DNA of 64,000 bases from Chlorokybus atmophyticus (GCA_009103225.1 RHPI01001965.1:15114-79113); one strand, 5' to 3'. Shown: positions 12,751 to 27,613, counted from the stretch's first letter. Notes: generated by a model not told the origin, from the letters alone. Program-made: numbers and translations.

Positions 12751-13181
12751 TAGGACGTGAGTACTTGTGGCTGCACGTGCATAGTGTCTTGTAGTCCAGC
12801 TTGCGTTATCTGCACTTGCATTCAGTGCATTCCAATGGCTCACATGACATCCGTTACCATAGTAATGGGAACAGTCAAGGCAGTTGCTAAGACACAGTTG
12901 AAGTCAATCAATCCATGCATTGGACATCAACTCATTTGCAAAATTCGTGAGATATTCATTGCAGCCCAGCCCCTCCTCTCCAACTAGCAGCTGCGTGCTT
13001 GTGCTGGATGTTTGTATGCTTGCTGGTTTTAGCTTGAGCCAGCCCAGTAGACATGGCTGTAAGTGTTTGTACTTGCTGTTGCGATTTGCTGCGCAACTTT
13101 TCTAGAAAACACATCACAACCCTACTGCACAGAAATGTACACAAAACTGTACACAAGTCACCACAATGCAAGATCTGTACA

Positions 13182-15407
13182 CTAACTCTTCGTTTCTATA
13201 TCAAACACGAACTCGTGTTCTCTCCACACGCCATTATCGCCACGATACCGTTCAAAGAACAATACACGCAAGTCGTCCCGCACCGCGATGACTGTACTGC
13301 TTCTGGTGCCATACGCAGCCTGCGAATAACCACTGCTCAATGACCACACGCTGCTGCCAAAGGAATGTGGTTACTGCTGAACTATGTTGACACAGGTACG
13401 TACAGCTAGACTAATGAATTATGTCAGTCATAAGCACCAATGCCAAGTGTCAGTCGTACCTCATCTATGTCCCCTTGCACGAAGATTGAACTCAACATCT
13501 CCTCGATGTGCTGCGAGCAGCCAGTTTGCTGCTGAGACAAGTCATTTGCCGGCTCAGCATCCTGCAACAGAGAAGGAAGCACACTAATATATGATGGCAA
13601 CATTGCACAACAATGATCAAGTTCGATAAAGCAGCGATAAGAAACCGAACAACAACTCTTACCCACCTGCAGCACCTTTTCAACAAGTCTCTCTGCGAGG
13701 CTTGTTATATGATCGTTGCCTGAGATTTTTGTGTGCTGAAGCACATCTTCAAACAAGCATCGCCCTTTTGAGACCTGTGCAACCACAGAAAAAGAAGGTC
13801 TTACCTCAACTGTAAACAATGCACAGCTTAAACAACGTGTCCAGGTATGCACCAACAACGTGCACACCTTTGGCCAGGGCGTGTCAAGCGCAGCGTTGCT
13901 GATAGCGTGCACACCAGGTGCTATCAACAAAGGTGATGCAAGCGTTGCATTGGAATAGTAGGCGAACGCGCCTTTCACGACGTCACCCACAATCAAGTTG
14001 AACGCTGCGTATGAAGCCGCATTCACCTCCACTTCCTGTAGTGTCGTGTGCAAACGTTAGCATACATGTGCATCTTGAAGTTGTATGCCATACATACATG
14101 CACCCGCACTCACGTGCATGCATGCATCAACCTAAAACAAGCACAGACACACGCGTGCATGAGCGCTGCCACGCATATGCGCATGCCCAAGCACACTTGC
14201 AGGCACCCTATGCTGGCCCGCATGCACACACAGGCGCACACACACACATGCTTCCCCTCACTGGCCCACGCACACATGCATGCTCACACGCGCGACGACC
14301 TTGAGATAGGTGAGAGGGTCGCTGTCCCCCGTGAGGTAGCTTGTGACGAGTGCGCCGCGTGTGAGCGGTGACGGCACTGCGGCGAGGGGCGTGCGCACGT
14401 TGGTGAGGAGTGCCACCCTCCCGCCTCGCGTGATACCGAGCCACGTCCCACCGCGCTCGACGTCGCGTCCGGCCAATACGGAAGTCGCGTCCGGCCACCA
14501 ATGCGCGGGCTCAGTCTGCCTGCACAGGGAGATATGGGCACATGCAGAGGGTGCATATGAAACCAATGGCGTAGGCAAGTCATGCACAGACACACAAGCA
14601 CACACACAGAGACAAGACCAGTGTGAATGCCTGTGCGTGCGTGCATACACGCATGAGACAATGTCTTTTATAATGGTGGGGAGGGGGNATGCTAAGGAGT
14701 ACAGGGAGCTCATTGGTCAGATACAAGACGTTGCCACGAAGGTAGAGAGCGCCAACGCAATGGTCTCCACGACGCACATAAACTGTATCATACTATGATG
14801 TGAACTGCATGCAACTTGTGCCATGTACACATGATACATGTCGTGTGTGCAGGAGGGTGTGGGGATTCCAGTACTGTACGGGCTGGGGGGGGGGGGACAC
14901 ACGCTTGAGACCGATGTCAAACACGCATGCGTGCTCCCACACAGACACACAGATATGTTCATACGCAATGACACAATTGTTCTTGATATCACACGAAAAA
15001 TGCCATCAGTAGTTCCATGCATGCTTGCAAGGGCTTTGCACAGCCCCCACAAAGTGCGGGCATCGCTCAAGGTTATCGCTTAAGGTCTCAGTAAGGCTGT
15101 GCAACATGCTGTTGTTGTGCCTCACTGATGAGGGGGACTACGACTGCGTCAACCATTGCAGCGCTGATCATCAAAAACAATCCTTCAGCATCGATTGCAT
15201 GCGCTGGCATTTCCACAGTTATTACCGGCTGAAGAACTCGTCTCTATTGAGCGCCAGCAAGAAGCGGTACTGAGCAGCATTCACAGCAGCAGCAGCACCA
15301 GCAGCAGAAGAGGAAGCAGCAGAAGCAGCACGCTCATTGATCAGGTCAGCTGTTTGCGCTGCTGTACTGACGGCCAAGTCTCCAAGCAGAAAGAACGCAA
15401 CGCACAT
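13182..15407 (-). CDS. TANGO2: TANGO2 / NRDE-family protein, 6 exons, intact
   Basis: Starts MCV at 15407, then LLALNRDEFFSR, LAGRDVERGGTWLG...ALLTNVR, FNLIVGD, ISNAALDTPWPK and YGTRSSTV; stop TAG at 13182. Splice phases are consistent. Confidence 0.93.
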
Positions 15408-15539
15408 GCTGGCGCCAGCCTGCCCGCCCCCCCGCCGTGCTTTGCTCCCAATAGGAATAAAGGCTTGGAACAAGTTGAAACAACCTCAGTAATAATAATC
15501 GGTGCATGCTGATTGCTTGTTGAAAGCTGAGCTGCTTGT

Positions 15540-18500
15540 GGGAGGCGGTGACGTTGGCGAGGTGGCTAGCGCCATCGTCGTCAGCGTCAGCTAGGGACGG
15601 AGACGCCGGCGCTGCGGCGGCGGAGACGCTTGTCTGCTACCCTGTCGCCTGCCGTCGCACGCATCAACGTGAGTGCACAAGTAGTAAGATGGTTTGCTTT
15701 TGCACTAGTATACTGTCAAAAGCACAAGGAGTCCGTAACTCACTACACAACTATCAGGAACAACCACAGGCATAGGTCTACAATAATCAGTAAACACAAT
15801 CCACCAGCACACCCACATCACACGATGGTTTGCTTGTTGCCTTTTTAGTGGTGTGCGCTGTGCTTATGTTGGTGTCTTTATGCGCGCTGGAAGCAAACAG
15901 TGAAATGTCACCTTGAAGATTGTTACAGCTGCTTGCACTTGCATGCAACCTGCAGTTAGGGTTCGGTGACTGAGCATGATGAACCCTGAGGTTGTTGTGC
16001 TTTCAGTTGTGCTTTCTTTCCATGCTGACTTGTACTAAAAGTCAAGCTCGTGCTCTGGATCAACTCAGCATTGCCAGTCAATAACTGTGTGTAAGTGCAG
16101 CATGCTCATCAGCTTCATCACTGTTTGTTTCGCGAGCTACACCTGTCACTCAAACATTGCTCAACAGCCTGAAGTCTTTCCCCAACGACGTCATGCAGTT
16201 ATCTACCTTGGATCTGAGCCTGCGCAGTTAATGGTCACTGAATTCTCAGTACCAAGTGGTACATGTACCTTGGGTTGCTGTTCGTGCTCGTTTGTTGTTC
16301 GTGACTCTCTACCAGTGCCCACTTCTATCAATTGTATTAGTAAAACTTTGAGTTTTGGGTCGTAGTACTGCACAGCACATAACAATATCAAAAGTTATAG
16401 AAGGGCTTGGTGCATGTGTCTGACGTGTGTTTGAGAATGGCGACTGCGTCTTGTCATGCCCCAACAGTAGCTTGCTTGCCAGTACCAACAGCGCAATCAT
16501 CGGCTGTGCTGGGTGAATCTGACTACCGCACATACACAGGCACTGTGACTAGACCGGTCACTCGCATCAAAGAGGTGCCAAGGAGATTGCAGAACAAGCA
16601 GGGAGAGTCACACACACAGCTCTGTTTGCAGCTTTCAAACCATTGGTAAGTTGACAAGAAGTTGGGCTGGTTGTTGAACTTGTGTTCTCATTGTTCAACA
16701 TGTCAACAACCACCTCTCTTATGGAGCTGGTAGACCGCTTCAATGAGATCGGCTCGCCAAAGTGTGTGCAAACAGCGGCCCCAAAGCAATTGGCAATGTG
16801 ACAAGAATAGTTACTGCTGGCAAATGGCAAGCACAACATCAACTCGTTTGAGGTAAGCACGCAGAACACAGTCTCACAAACCAGTGCTGTCTACCAAAGA
16901 GCATGCGCGTATGTGCGTAAGTGTTCGTGGGGGCATGCGTGCGCATGTGCTCCTGTGCGTGAGCGTGTGCTTGCGTGTACATTGGAGTGTGCGCGGGCAC
17001 GGGTGCTTGCATGCGGTGTGCACTTGTGCGTGCATAGAACTAAATGTCAAGCGACTACTTGCAGGGTGCGTTGCATGCCTGTATGTATTGAGCAATGGCA
17101 TGGACGTCTTGTATTGCCAGAACTCTGGCTTCGTGCCTCAGGTGTTCAACGCATTGTACCAGTACTGCCTGCATTGCAGTCTGTTAGGCCGCGCCATCCG
17201 GAATGAGATCGATACAAGATGATCCAGGAAGTATGTGCATGATGCTGTTGCTGTGCGTTTGACTGTTGCACCGATTGCGGGCAAACTCATGTCACAGAAA
17301 GACAGCATATGCGCAGAAGCACACACGACAACAAGGTCCGAAGTCAAGAGTTCTCGAGTCAACGAATGCATAAGCCCAGGCAGCAATGCAGCTCAATCAA
17401 CAAACAATCCAAACTTACTCTAAACATGCTCAAATTACAACCATGTAGAAAGCCACAAACAGGACATCAACGTGTGTAAGTTGTTGTGTTGGTGCAGTTA
17501 GAGCTGTATATACCGCCCTTCTTGCTGTATGTTGCCAGGAGGTGTTGCGGAGGACGGCATGCAGCACTCAAGTAACAGACACAGGTCAGTTGCAGCTGAG
17601 GCCAATTAACTTACAACACGAAGTCAAAGGTGTTGCCCTTGGTGCGCATTGCAGCGGAAGTTGTATACCAGTATGTAGCAGATCAGCATGGGTGGGTCGA
17701 ACACAAGGATGAGTTGTGTCTGTAACATACATACACCCGACATGTGCGGTTTTGTCATGAACGGTGACAACATTGCACCCATATAGTCTATATTGGAAGA
17801 AGGTGGGTTCCTTACGCCGCTGTTGGACTTCATGCAAACAGTGCACAAGTTCTGCAACAACTTGCTACTGACCATTGGTAAGGCAAGTCATGGTGTTGAT
17901 CCATCTAATGAGCAGTTGCAACGCATGTTGTGTGTTGGTGTTGACAAGGTGGGTGCAGGTTCAGCAAGATTTGGCCGCTGACAAATGGCCGGGCCATTAA
18001 CATCTGTGTGACTGAGATAATCATTCACCAAGGTCAGTCATAGTAGTTACCTGAACTTCCGTATGTATCTTCATATGCACCGGGGTACATATTGATCACT
18101 AGTGTGAGCGTGCATGTCACTGACATGTGTGAGCGCACCATGCATGTCGGCATACCAGGACACCCCTGTTGTATACAAGTTCAGTCATGCATAGTGCATG
18201 TGTATGTCTAACACAGCCTTGAGCAGGTCGACGCACGTGTGACCACCCACTTTACACATAGTGTTGAGTGCAGTTCAACTCTTGTATGCTTCCTGAAGCT
18301 CTGTGCGTGTGCGTGTGCGTGTGTGTGTGCGTGTGCGTGTGCGCTTGAGCGCGCAAGCACTGGGTGTGAAAGCACAGAGCACTCAACGGTCTTGCATGCG
18401 CAGCACACCACTAGCGGCTATGCCTGCGCCGGGTGACCACATGCGATGATGTCTATGGTAACATGACGCCCGGCATGTTGCCATATACGGGCGGAACATA

Positions 18501-19032
18501 TGGGACGAAAGCGTTCCGCTGCTGCCTTAGCCACTGCGTCTTGGCTTCAATTGTCTCAACACACATGTTGATCAGCAGCTCCCTCCAGCAGGCTGGTTGC
18601 ATATTTACGCAAATGCATGCATGTCCAGGGACGTGTGAACTTGGCGAGGAGCTTCCCACAACTGGTGTCTGAGGGAGGGGTTTGATGGTGGTGGCGGAGT
18701 TTGGCGGCATGCTGATAATGAGAGCAGGTGACAACATCTTCTGTGCAGTCCTTGTCTCCTTGCATGCCGTGTGGCTACGCAATGGTTGCGTTGCGCAAAT
18801 GCTGAGTACGTCTGCTGTTAACATTTGCGGCGTGTTTGTAGGGCTACTCTTTAAGGCGATGTGCGTTTCAACTGTCATATGTCATAACAATCTTAGGTGC
18901 AAGGGAGACGCTACGCTTTTCCCTGCTCTTAATGGTGTCGCAGAGCAGGTCGATGAGTTGTTTGCTGTACTCAAGCGAGTCCTTTATGATGTGTCCAGTC
19001 AAGAGCGCAGAAGCGCGGCAACTTCAAGTTGA
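15540..19032 (+). pseudogene. Unidentified multi-exon gene relic, head-to-head with TANGO2
   Basis: A series of AG...GT-bounded coding-like blocks (e.g. GCVACLYVLSNGMDVLYCQNSGF, EEGGFLTPLLDFMQTVHKFCNNLLLTIG, and a last exon CKGDATLFPALNG...SS* ending at 19032). Several blocks contain stops. No family recognised. Confidence 0.35.
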
Positions 19033-19914
19033 GCGGACAGTTTGCAGTGTGTATCATACTATCCTTTGTGTATGTCCTTGAGTGTGGTGTGTATAGTGTT
19101 AGTGAGCTGAGTAGCCTGTATGACATGGCGTAATACTCCTGCACATCATGTTGAAGAGACGTTGAAGGGACTTCGTTGTAGCTTGTGTGCTGTTGCATTT
19201 CCAACAGTTGCTTGTAACATGAGGTTGACATCTTGGTGGTTGTGTCCGGGTGTCAATGCATAAATGTTTTCTTGGACAGAAGGTTTCATGCGGCTTCGGT
19301 AGCACGGTGTGGGTGAGCGGGATACTTGCATGCATTTAGAGTCATGCAAGGCGGCTCACATGCACATGTGGTGAGCAGGCGCAGGTCTGAACTACTAGTT
19401 GCATTAGTTGCACCATGTGCACGAAGAATTGGTGCAGGGCCAATGCTGTCATTCACGCTGTGCCATATTCAGGCATCATTCCTTTTCTGCACGAAGTGTG
19501 TACGTTTGACCGACTGGCACAGACATTCAAATTGCTTGACAAACTATCTGCTGCCACGAGCAGTAGCAAATTCTCCAATAGCCAGCGGCCAATGCTACTG
19601 GCCTGGCGATTGCAGACTTCGCTGTGTGGAGGTTTGATTCCTACTACTGCCTTACTAAGCATGCTTGGTGCAAACATCACTTGCGCTCATCACCCAGAGA
19701 GACTGTCTGAAACTCTTGGCGTTTTGAGAGATGCTGCCTGCCGGCTTCCTTCGCCTGCAACACAGCGTGCGTAAGAAGTTGATGCGGTTTCTTTTGCAAG
19801 TGCCAGCGTACATGGCCTATGCCACACATGCCAGCGCAGGTTCATAGGCCTGCAGCAGGACGCCTGAGCGCAGAGTGTAACATGTGCAGCAGCACTATTC
19901 TGTTCAGCGCACCT

Positions 19915-20637
19915 TCAAGCGGGCGACACTTTCATGGTGAAGTTCTCGTTCTGCAAGCCAGTGGTTTGGTTTGCAGGGTTCTTCGCATCCTGCAGAGCCT
20001 TCTCGACCTCAGCCTTCTCGTCGCCATCACCACCAGCAAAGGCTTTCTTGTAGTCCTTCTTGCGCTGGAGCTTCAGTGTGGTGCTGCTGGGGTTGAACTC
20101 GATGCTCTCTATCGGTAGGTCGGAGAACCTATGTGCGAGGTACGTGGCGAGCATTACGTCGGTTGCGACCGTGAGCTGCAGGCTGGAACGACATCAGGAA
20201 CTCAGGGAACTCATCACCCATCTTCACCAGCCCCAGCCGGCAAGGGCCCGCGACGGGGGCTAGAGCCATCTCCGCAAGCTTGTCCACGTCGACCTCCCCC
20301 ATGAGGCTGTGGCTGCACTTGGGCGGCAGGATCTGAAGCAGCTTGTCGGGTTTGGAGTCAATGATCGTCCACCGCATTGCGTCCGTGTAGGCGACGAGGT
20401 GGCTGCTAGTCTGGTTGTTGTCCAGCGTAATCGCCCCTGACTTCTGCAAACATGCAGCTGGTCGTCAGGACCCGATCGAAGATACCATCATAATCTCCTG
20501 GGGCTCCAGCATGATGCGGCCAACATTCGCGGGGTTCTTCAACACGTAGAAGGGTCTGTACTCGTTGTTGACCATCGCGTTGACGCCTATGCAGGTCAGG
20601 TTGTCCACATAGAAGAGACCCGCCGCTGCCTCAGTGC
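19915..20637 (-). pseudogene. Family-X paralogue 1 (exon 2 only, frameshifted)
   Basis: FYVDN..CIGVNAMVNNEYRPFYV...GRIMLEPQE and YTDAMRWTI.DSKPDKLLQILP align with 60884-60145. Frameshifts near 20470 and 20430; exon 1 is absent upstream. Confidence 0.85.
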
Positions 20638-23600
20638 CTGCGTCATGCACAAAGGTGCAGCATCTGTGAGCTGAGCGACAGGCAGCTTCGACGCGTGTAA
20701 GCACTGTTTGATTTAGTACGCTTGACTATATCTGACTCACCGGAATGCCTATATACATATGTAAGGCAGAGTCACAGCGTGACATGCTCACTAACCACAG
20801 CAGCATGCCACATAACATCGCACCAACACCCCCCTGCACACACAACTAACAGATGCTAGCATCCACCACGCCTCCTAGTGGTCCAGCCCCTGCAAAACCT
20901 TAGAGCGTATGATTGCGTGTCACACTCTGTGACTGATACTTCACACGCACCTCGGCGTATCACTGGCACCAACCAGCTCCATATTCAGGGCCTTAGGCTT
21001 GGAGGCGTGAGACCCTCCTCTTTACACGGGTAGATGGGCGAGCGCTCGCGGCTGTCAGTTGTTGTTGCGCACCACGGGCAGACGACTCTGCTGTCTGGGT
21101 TGTTGTGGACTGCTGCAATCACAGAATATATCACGTTGCTTAAAACCGCACCTCACATTGCATGACAACATTGTATTGGGTTCTAACATCCTACAAACCT
21201 TTTCAATGTCAGACAGCAGACAGTAGACTTCATATACATGCTTCAGCAACAGCTCCATTGGAAAGACTGCCTCAAAGTCAACTCCTGCACGCACAACATC
21301 GTGCGGCAGGCGTATCAAACCCAAATCGTAGATGTAAGTAACCAACTGGTTGTTGGGCGGCCAATTTGCAACCAGGCAGTGCCGGAGTAGAAACCGCCGT
21401 AGCACGCATGCGAGCGCTCCTGCAGACACACCCGCTTGTACCATTTCAAGCACGCGAGTTCTCAAGTCTGGCGACAATACGGTGGTGTAGCTCTCGTGTA
21501 CGTTTCTTGCGGCCACGGATGCAAAGGACTCCTCGACTGCCTCATACAGGGAGACCACATGGCTGAGTTGCATGCCCTGAAATGCAGGCACAGCAAGCAC
21601 GCGTGTCTGCTCCTGCCCTGGCAGCCAAGTCGACGCAAACTGTTGAAGCGTAATGGAGGGGTCCGTGATGTTGCTCTTCTTGAGAACATAAAGCAGTACG
21701 TCCAACACGCTCAAGACTCTTGGCGCATTGCCTGCGCGGCCCAGATGCTGCTGTACAGCAAGCACGCGTGTGGTATCTAGGTCCACCTGTGAGATCTGAT
21801 TGGCAGTAGCTGCAAGCAGATTGGGGCAGTAAGAGAACACCTCGCCTCGGTCATCGAAGACGACGTAGTCCATATCATCAGCATCCTGCAATGCATGTTG
21901 TTATGCCTTGAACCTCACCACGCACCGTGCATATCTTTATATCGCACCATCCAGCGACCCAGACTGAACAAACAACCCCCAACACTGTGCTCTTCAACAC
22001 AACTTGAAGGCAGCCAACACACCAGCATGGCAAAGACTTACCACCTGGAAGCACACTTTGTCGGTAACAAACATCAGCTGCATCTCCTTTTCAATGTCGA
22101 TGAAATCGTACTGAACGGATTCACTTCGACCGTGTTTTGGCACACACCAACTTGATTGCAATATGACATCGGAAGCGTGATCTGGCGCAATGAAGATCGC
22201 CTCGTGTCTCTGTCACGAGTTGATGCATTCACTCAGAATATTGTTGCAAAACAGTAATCAAATGTCAACGTGTGATTAAATGATGATAACACCAAGTTGA
22301 ACTCAATGACTAACCTGCAGCTGTTGAATGGGCTTCAAAAGGACAGCATGCGCAGCACGTCCATCGCTGGCAGCAGTCTGCAGAACCAACTGCAGGAATT
22401 GGTTCTGTAGCTGTGCAAGGTGCTGGATGATGGCCGTCGCGCAACCGGCATGCCTCTCCAAGCAAAAGACTTGAAGTGAGGTGTTGTAGTCGACGTAAGG
22501 AATCTTGATGTCATCGCGCTGACACTGTGTTGCAGGCAACACATGAGAGCAATCAAGTTGGAGTCTAGCATGCGCAACCGCAGCAAACTTTCAGGCTCAA
22601 TGTTGCTACACAAAACAGTGCCTATGTTGTGACGGCGGCAACAACTGACCTCAAAGCGGATGCTTTCGCCTGCGAGAGCATTCCAAGCGCTTTGAGCAGG
22701 TTCAAACACCTCGCTGCAAGCACACAAAGCAGCAAGGTGAGCCAAACCACGGAGAAACTGTTGGCAGCATTGTTGGCAACGTTCAGAAGACCGTGTAGAT
22801 TTGATGATGGCGCCTAAGACAATGCTGTATGTATAGCAATCTGATGATGCGGTGTATAGCATAGAGAACACCATACCTGCAGCCCGGTGCAATCCCCTGC
22901 AAGTAGCGCACGTCCCTTTCTACCGCTTGCATCCTTTGCCACTTTAGTCCGACGTGTTGACGTACATATTGCAGCCAGCGGAAGATGGGGAAGAGGTGCC
23001 GAACCTGCGGCAGCTCTTCAATCCATAACTTGCTACCTCCGCCTTTAGCGGGGGTAACAAGCAAGTGCAGCAACGGGTGCTGTGCCTGTTTGCTAGCATC
23101 TGCGTGCAAGGCAGCCTGCAGATGCTGCAACCCGCGTTCCTTCAAGTTGCAGAACAGGTGAGGTAGGTGACGTTGATAGTACTCTTCCGTCAAACTGTCA
23201 TTGGACATGCGCTCCTCCACCTGATGCTCAATACCATCAGGGGCAAGCCTGTCGCTGCAACTCTCTTTAAACGCTCTGGTTGTCTCTTGCAAGTGCTGCG
23301 CCAGAGTACCAACCACATGCGTACACCGCGACTCCCAATCAGTGCGCAGCTGCCCCGTCCAGAGCGGCCCAAATTGCGACAGTTGCTGGTCCATGCAAAT
23401 GCTGGGTAACAGTGCGTGCAGCAGCAAGCCACACTCCTCATCACTGCAGTCCAAGTATTCTCGCAGTTGCTGGCAGTCGCTGCTGACTTGCTCCAACAGT
23501 CTCTCATTGGCAAGTTCTTGAGCAGCTGCGTCATCTCGTGCAAGCAAAAGAACATCGCACGTGTTCAGTGCTTGCGCCGCTGCCAATGTAACACTCACAA

Positions 23601-26600
23601 GTGCGTGGAGTGCTCTGAACGATGCCGGCGACATCGCTCGGCGACTAAAGTACTTATCGGTCTTCACAACACCCGCCACATACCCTGCAAGAGACAGTAA
23701 CACGCAGCTGAGTGCTTGCAATGTCAGTCACAACAACGGGGCGCAAGAACACAACAGAAACTAAGCCTCCAACCTGGCTGCTCGGTCTCAGCACCTCCTT
23801 CAAACCTCTCATCGTCTATCCTACTGGTGTTGTCCGTTGGTTGATGCCTTATGCCACCAATGGGTGCCTTACAGGTCGAGCAAGATGCCTCCACCCACGG
23901 CTGGCCACATTCACCTATCATGAAAACGCAGCCACAACTGTTGCATTGGTATCTCACGAGGTTCTCTGCGCGCACTGCTTCTAGAGCGGCTGCCGTGTCA
24001 TCCGATGGTGAAGCAAGTATATACTCCTCCCTGCAGGCGCGTGCAAAAAACAAGTACCGAGGAAGTGCACTTGTGGCGCCAGCCGCTGTAGAAATGATGG
24101 CGATGTGAACAACAAGCCACACAAGGGGCAGGTTGTGCGAGGGAGTGTTCTCTGAAAGTGTCAGCATCCTCCCAAGCTGGCAATCAGCAAAGCAATTGAT
24201 GGCAAAAGCGCGTACCACCTGCAAAGCAAGCGCACAAGAACAGTCAATACCATGGCATTGTCAAGCTCTGAGTTGCAGAGTCAGCGCACATACTTGTACC
24301 GGAAACGCATCCCTGACTGTTTCAGCTATGCATGTGGCAATCTCCTCTTCCATTGGTTGCAGTGTACGATGCGCCCTTGGTATGTACAAACACAAGCAGA
24401 CCGCCGCCAGCAACATCGCTTGCATGGTTGTGCTCGCAGCATATCTGGCGAGCAGCGCTTGAATGGCAACACTGCGCTCCGCGGCCGTTGGTTGGTTCTG
24501 GATTGCAATTAGCTCACGAGCAGCGTCAGCGCATCCGGGTATCAAACGCCAGGGTTGAAACCCAAGCCTTGACATCTCTCCTGGAGACCAAGGCAGGTTT
24601 GCCAACGCCGGTAGGGCTTCCTGTAGCTGCCCAAAGCAGAGGCGCTTGACCTCAAACAAAGGCAAGTGAGCCCGCAAACACTTCAGTAGGTACACACTCA
24701 AAGCTGTCGAGCGGTCTCCCTGGACCGCAAGTGCTCGCCGGAGAGCGTCTGTAATTGGATCTGGTCGTGTTGTGCCAAGGTGCTCCTTGGCGTGTACACG
24801 CAACGAAGGGCGTACTACCGCTGCCGCAAAGGACAGTTCAATCGCACTTGCACGGGGATCCTGCAGTCTGTTCAAGGCAAGTTGCAATAACCGCTGCATG
24901 TTGGCATCTTCCCTGACGTAGTTCAACAGGCAGATATGCTCCAAGCAGTCAACAATCACGGTCAACAGCTCATATTTACTGGGAGTCAGCGACTGCTCAA
25001 AGGCCGTTTGCAGAGTCTGTATGTGAGGTTGAAAACTTGTCGTCAGGAGGGTGTGATCTAGGACAGCATTGTAAAAGGCGCACATGGCCGCCGGCTCATC
25101 CGAAGTTGCTGTCGCTGGACATGACCTCCTAGCGCTCAATATGAGCTGAGTAACAACGACCTGCATGTAATCGCCATAAGGGCACTCTGACGCCAGTTGC
25201 AGCAAGAACGCAGAAGCAACGGCTGCCACTTTGCCGGCTTCATCCCCACATGCCTCGAGACACTTGCGAATAGCAAATGCTCCGTAAGTCATGACAACTG
25301 TATGCTGCTCCTGCACGGGCTTCACCAAGTGCATAAGACTTCAGCAGTCCGGCAGCTCCTTGTAACAAAGGAGCTTGGTCATGACATTCATTGACGATGA
25401 ATGCCATCACACACTCAACTGCATGCACCAATGGCAGGATAGTTTCTTGTGCAGTACTCTCCGTGGCATCTGCGTCCAACACTAACAACATCTCACAAGC
25501 GCTTTGCCATATCTGCAGCTCCACAATCTCTGCGGAAGTCTCCGCAGGCTCATACTCGGGTGAGGCGTTGTGAGCCAGTAACAGCTCGCGCATGCTGATG
25601 CACTTCGAGACTTTTGAAACTGTCAGCGCCCACGCCTTCCAACTCCCAAAGGCAGTGCTGGTATCAGCTGCGGGCTTGAGCTTCTTACATATGGCAAGCT
25701 CCACACTTCTCTCCATTGTATCGGCACAGTGCTGCATGATGTCTATAGGAAGAGACAAGAGCAACTCCAACTGCTGCTTCCACTCCCTTTGAGAGTCCCA
25801 ACTCAGCATGTGCAGCAGCACGGGATGACTTAAGTGCGGCTGTTCAGCAAGTTGCGTTTGCACCAACTTCTGAAGAGCCAACTTCGCTGCGGGATGACCG
25901 CAACGAGAGTGCATGCTGTGCAATAGCATGTCTAAAAAGTCTTCAAAGTATAGCTCTATGTTCTGCAGGGGTATGATCGCCAATGCTTGTGGCAGCTGCC
26001 GATGCAGCAGTTGACAGAACTCCAACTTGTTATGTGGATCGGCAGCATTATTACTGTTTTGCAAGAATTGCGTGTACTGCACTTGCAAAGCTTGAACGCG
26101 TTCAAAATAAACAAAGCTGAAGGGCAACCTCAGCTCAGGGACTTCCGCCACTGTGAAGCAATTTGCTTCCACCCGCGTGCTTACAACTCCGCTTGGATCC
26201 ATGCAGCTACTGTCGCTGCACAGCTGTAACCATTGATGCTTGGTGGAGGCATCAAGCTGTGCATAGTTCTTCAACAGGCCTTTGCTCTCCAACATGTACA
26301 GCACCGCTGCAAGGGCCATCCTGACTCGCTCCTCAATAAACTGCAACTGCGCATCTTGAAGACTTCCCGCTGCATGGAGGCGGATCTTATCTTCTGCCAC
26401 AACCTCTTGCCAAGCGCTTTGAAGCTCCGTAAAGTTCTGAGACTCCAGCAACTCCACGACAGCAAGCATCAAGCAGTTCAGCAGCGCATGATCATCAACA
26501 ATCAGCGATACTGTCCACTTAACATGCTTGATAACCTCCTCTCCGACCCCCCAGCTGTAACGCAAGCAGATAAAGCTCCACATCAAACACTTCTGCACGG

Positions 26601-27613
26601 TTCCCGAAGTCCACTGCAGGTTGGATCGTAGCAGGGATGCTAACGTGGCGTTTACGCCCTGTTGTTGCCTGCATATATGCAATATTAAGCTGGCAGACAA
26701 GAATTAACATTTGCTGCTGTGCAAAGGTATGCGATGGGCTGTACAAGTTGTACCTGAGTACTTCCTTGGGTTGCACGCTGTCCACAAATGCGAGATGCCA
26801 GCCATAGTACATGTGCGATCTCCAGACAGGTGCATGTTGCGCCTCCCTGGCGAGGTGTACCAGCAGACAAATGTGACGTTTCCTTTCAAGCGGTGCCTTT
26901 GATGCGGCTCTGTGCTGCTCAGTCACAATCAAGCGAGTGAGGTGAATATGTTTGTAGTCCTCCACTCGCTCGCAACGGATGAGCATAAGTGCAGGATAAG
27001 TCGACTCATCATTGTACAACGACGTAAGCTCATCGCGTAGTAGCTTCTCTGAGCCGATCATGGCCAAACTTACGTCCTACAACACCATATCTTAGCGTGC
27101 GTTTGGTTTATGGCAACAGCACTTGCTGGTTTGTAGCAATGGGTGCAGAACAACGGGCATTCAAAACGCGCAGTGCAGCACTGACAATAGCCTACGCACC
27201 TTGGTGATAGGACATGGAGCTGTGAGCGTTTGACCATCATTGGCGGTACTGGCGAATGTGGTGATGAAGAGCATCAACCCGGAAGACTCAGCAGTGGCAT
27301 CGTGCTGAGCAAGATCAACCACAATGTGAGGTCGCACGCGACACAGTGGGCAACGGTATGCACAGCACAAGGCCTTGGAGCTTGCGCACCTGAATTGTGT
27401 GTGTCAGCAGAGACTCCAAGTTCCAACACGCATCATTCTTCCAGTATGACAGCTGCAGACTCTCCCATTCGATTGGTGCTGTGACAGCAAGTTGTGAACG
27501 CTGCGCACGCACCATGCCATCCGCAGAAGCCATTGCAATGATAGCTTGCTTGCATCTGCATACACTGCACATGTTGGAAACTGTACAAAGACACCCCCCC
27601 CCCCCCCCCCCCC

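Noticed and set aside
14011-14371. His/Thr/Ala/Cys-rich ORFs here and at ~16900, ~18300, ~28300, ~39700 and ~43800
   Set aside because: They are translations of intronic or intergenic CA/TG or TA low-complexity sequence.
18540-18600. DQQLPP as a Pif1 helicase motif
   Set aside because: No Walker A/B or other helicase motifs lie nearby.
27161-27370. CPLCR as the RNF213 RING
   Set aside because: No upstream C-x2-C / C-x-H ligands, and it lies before the position expected for the RING; probably chance or intronic.
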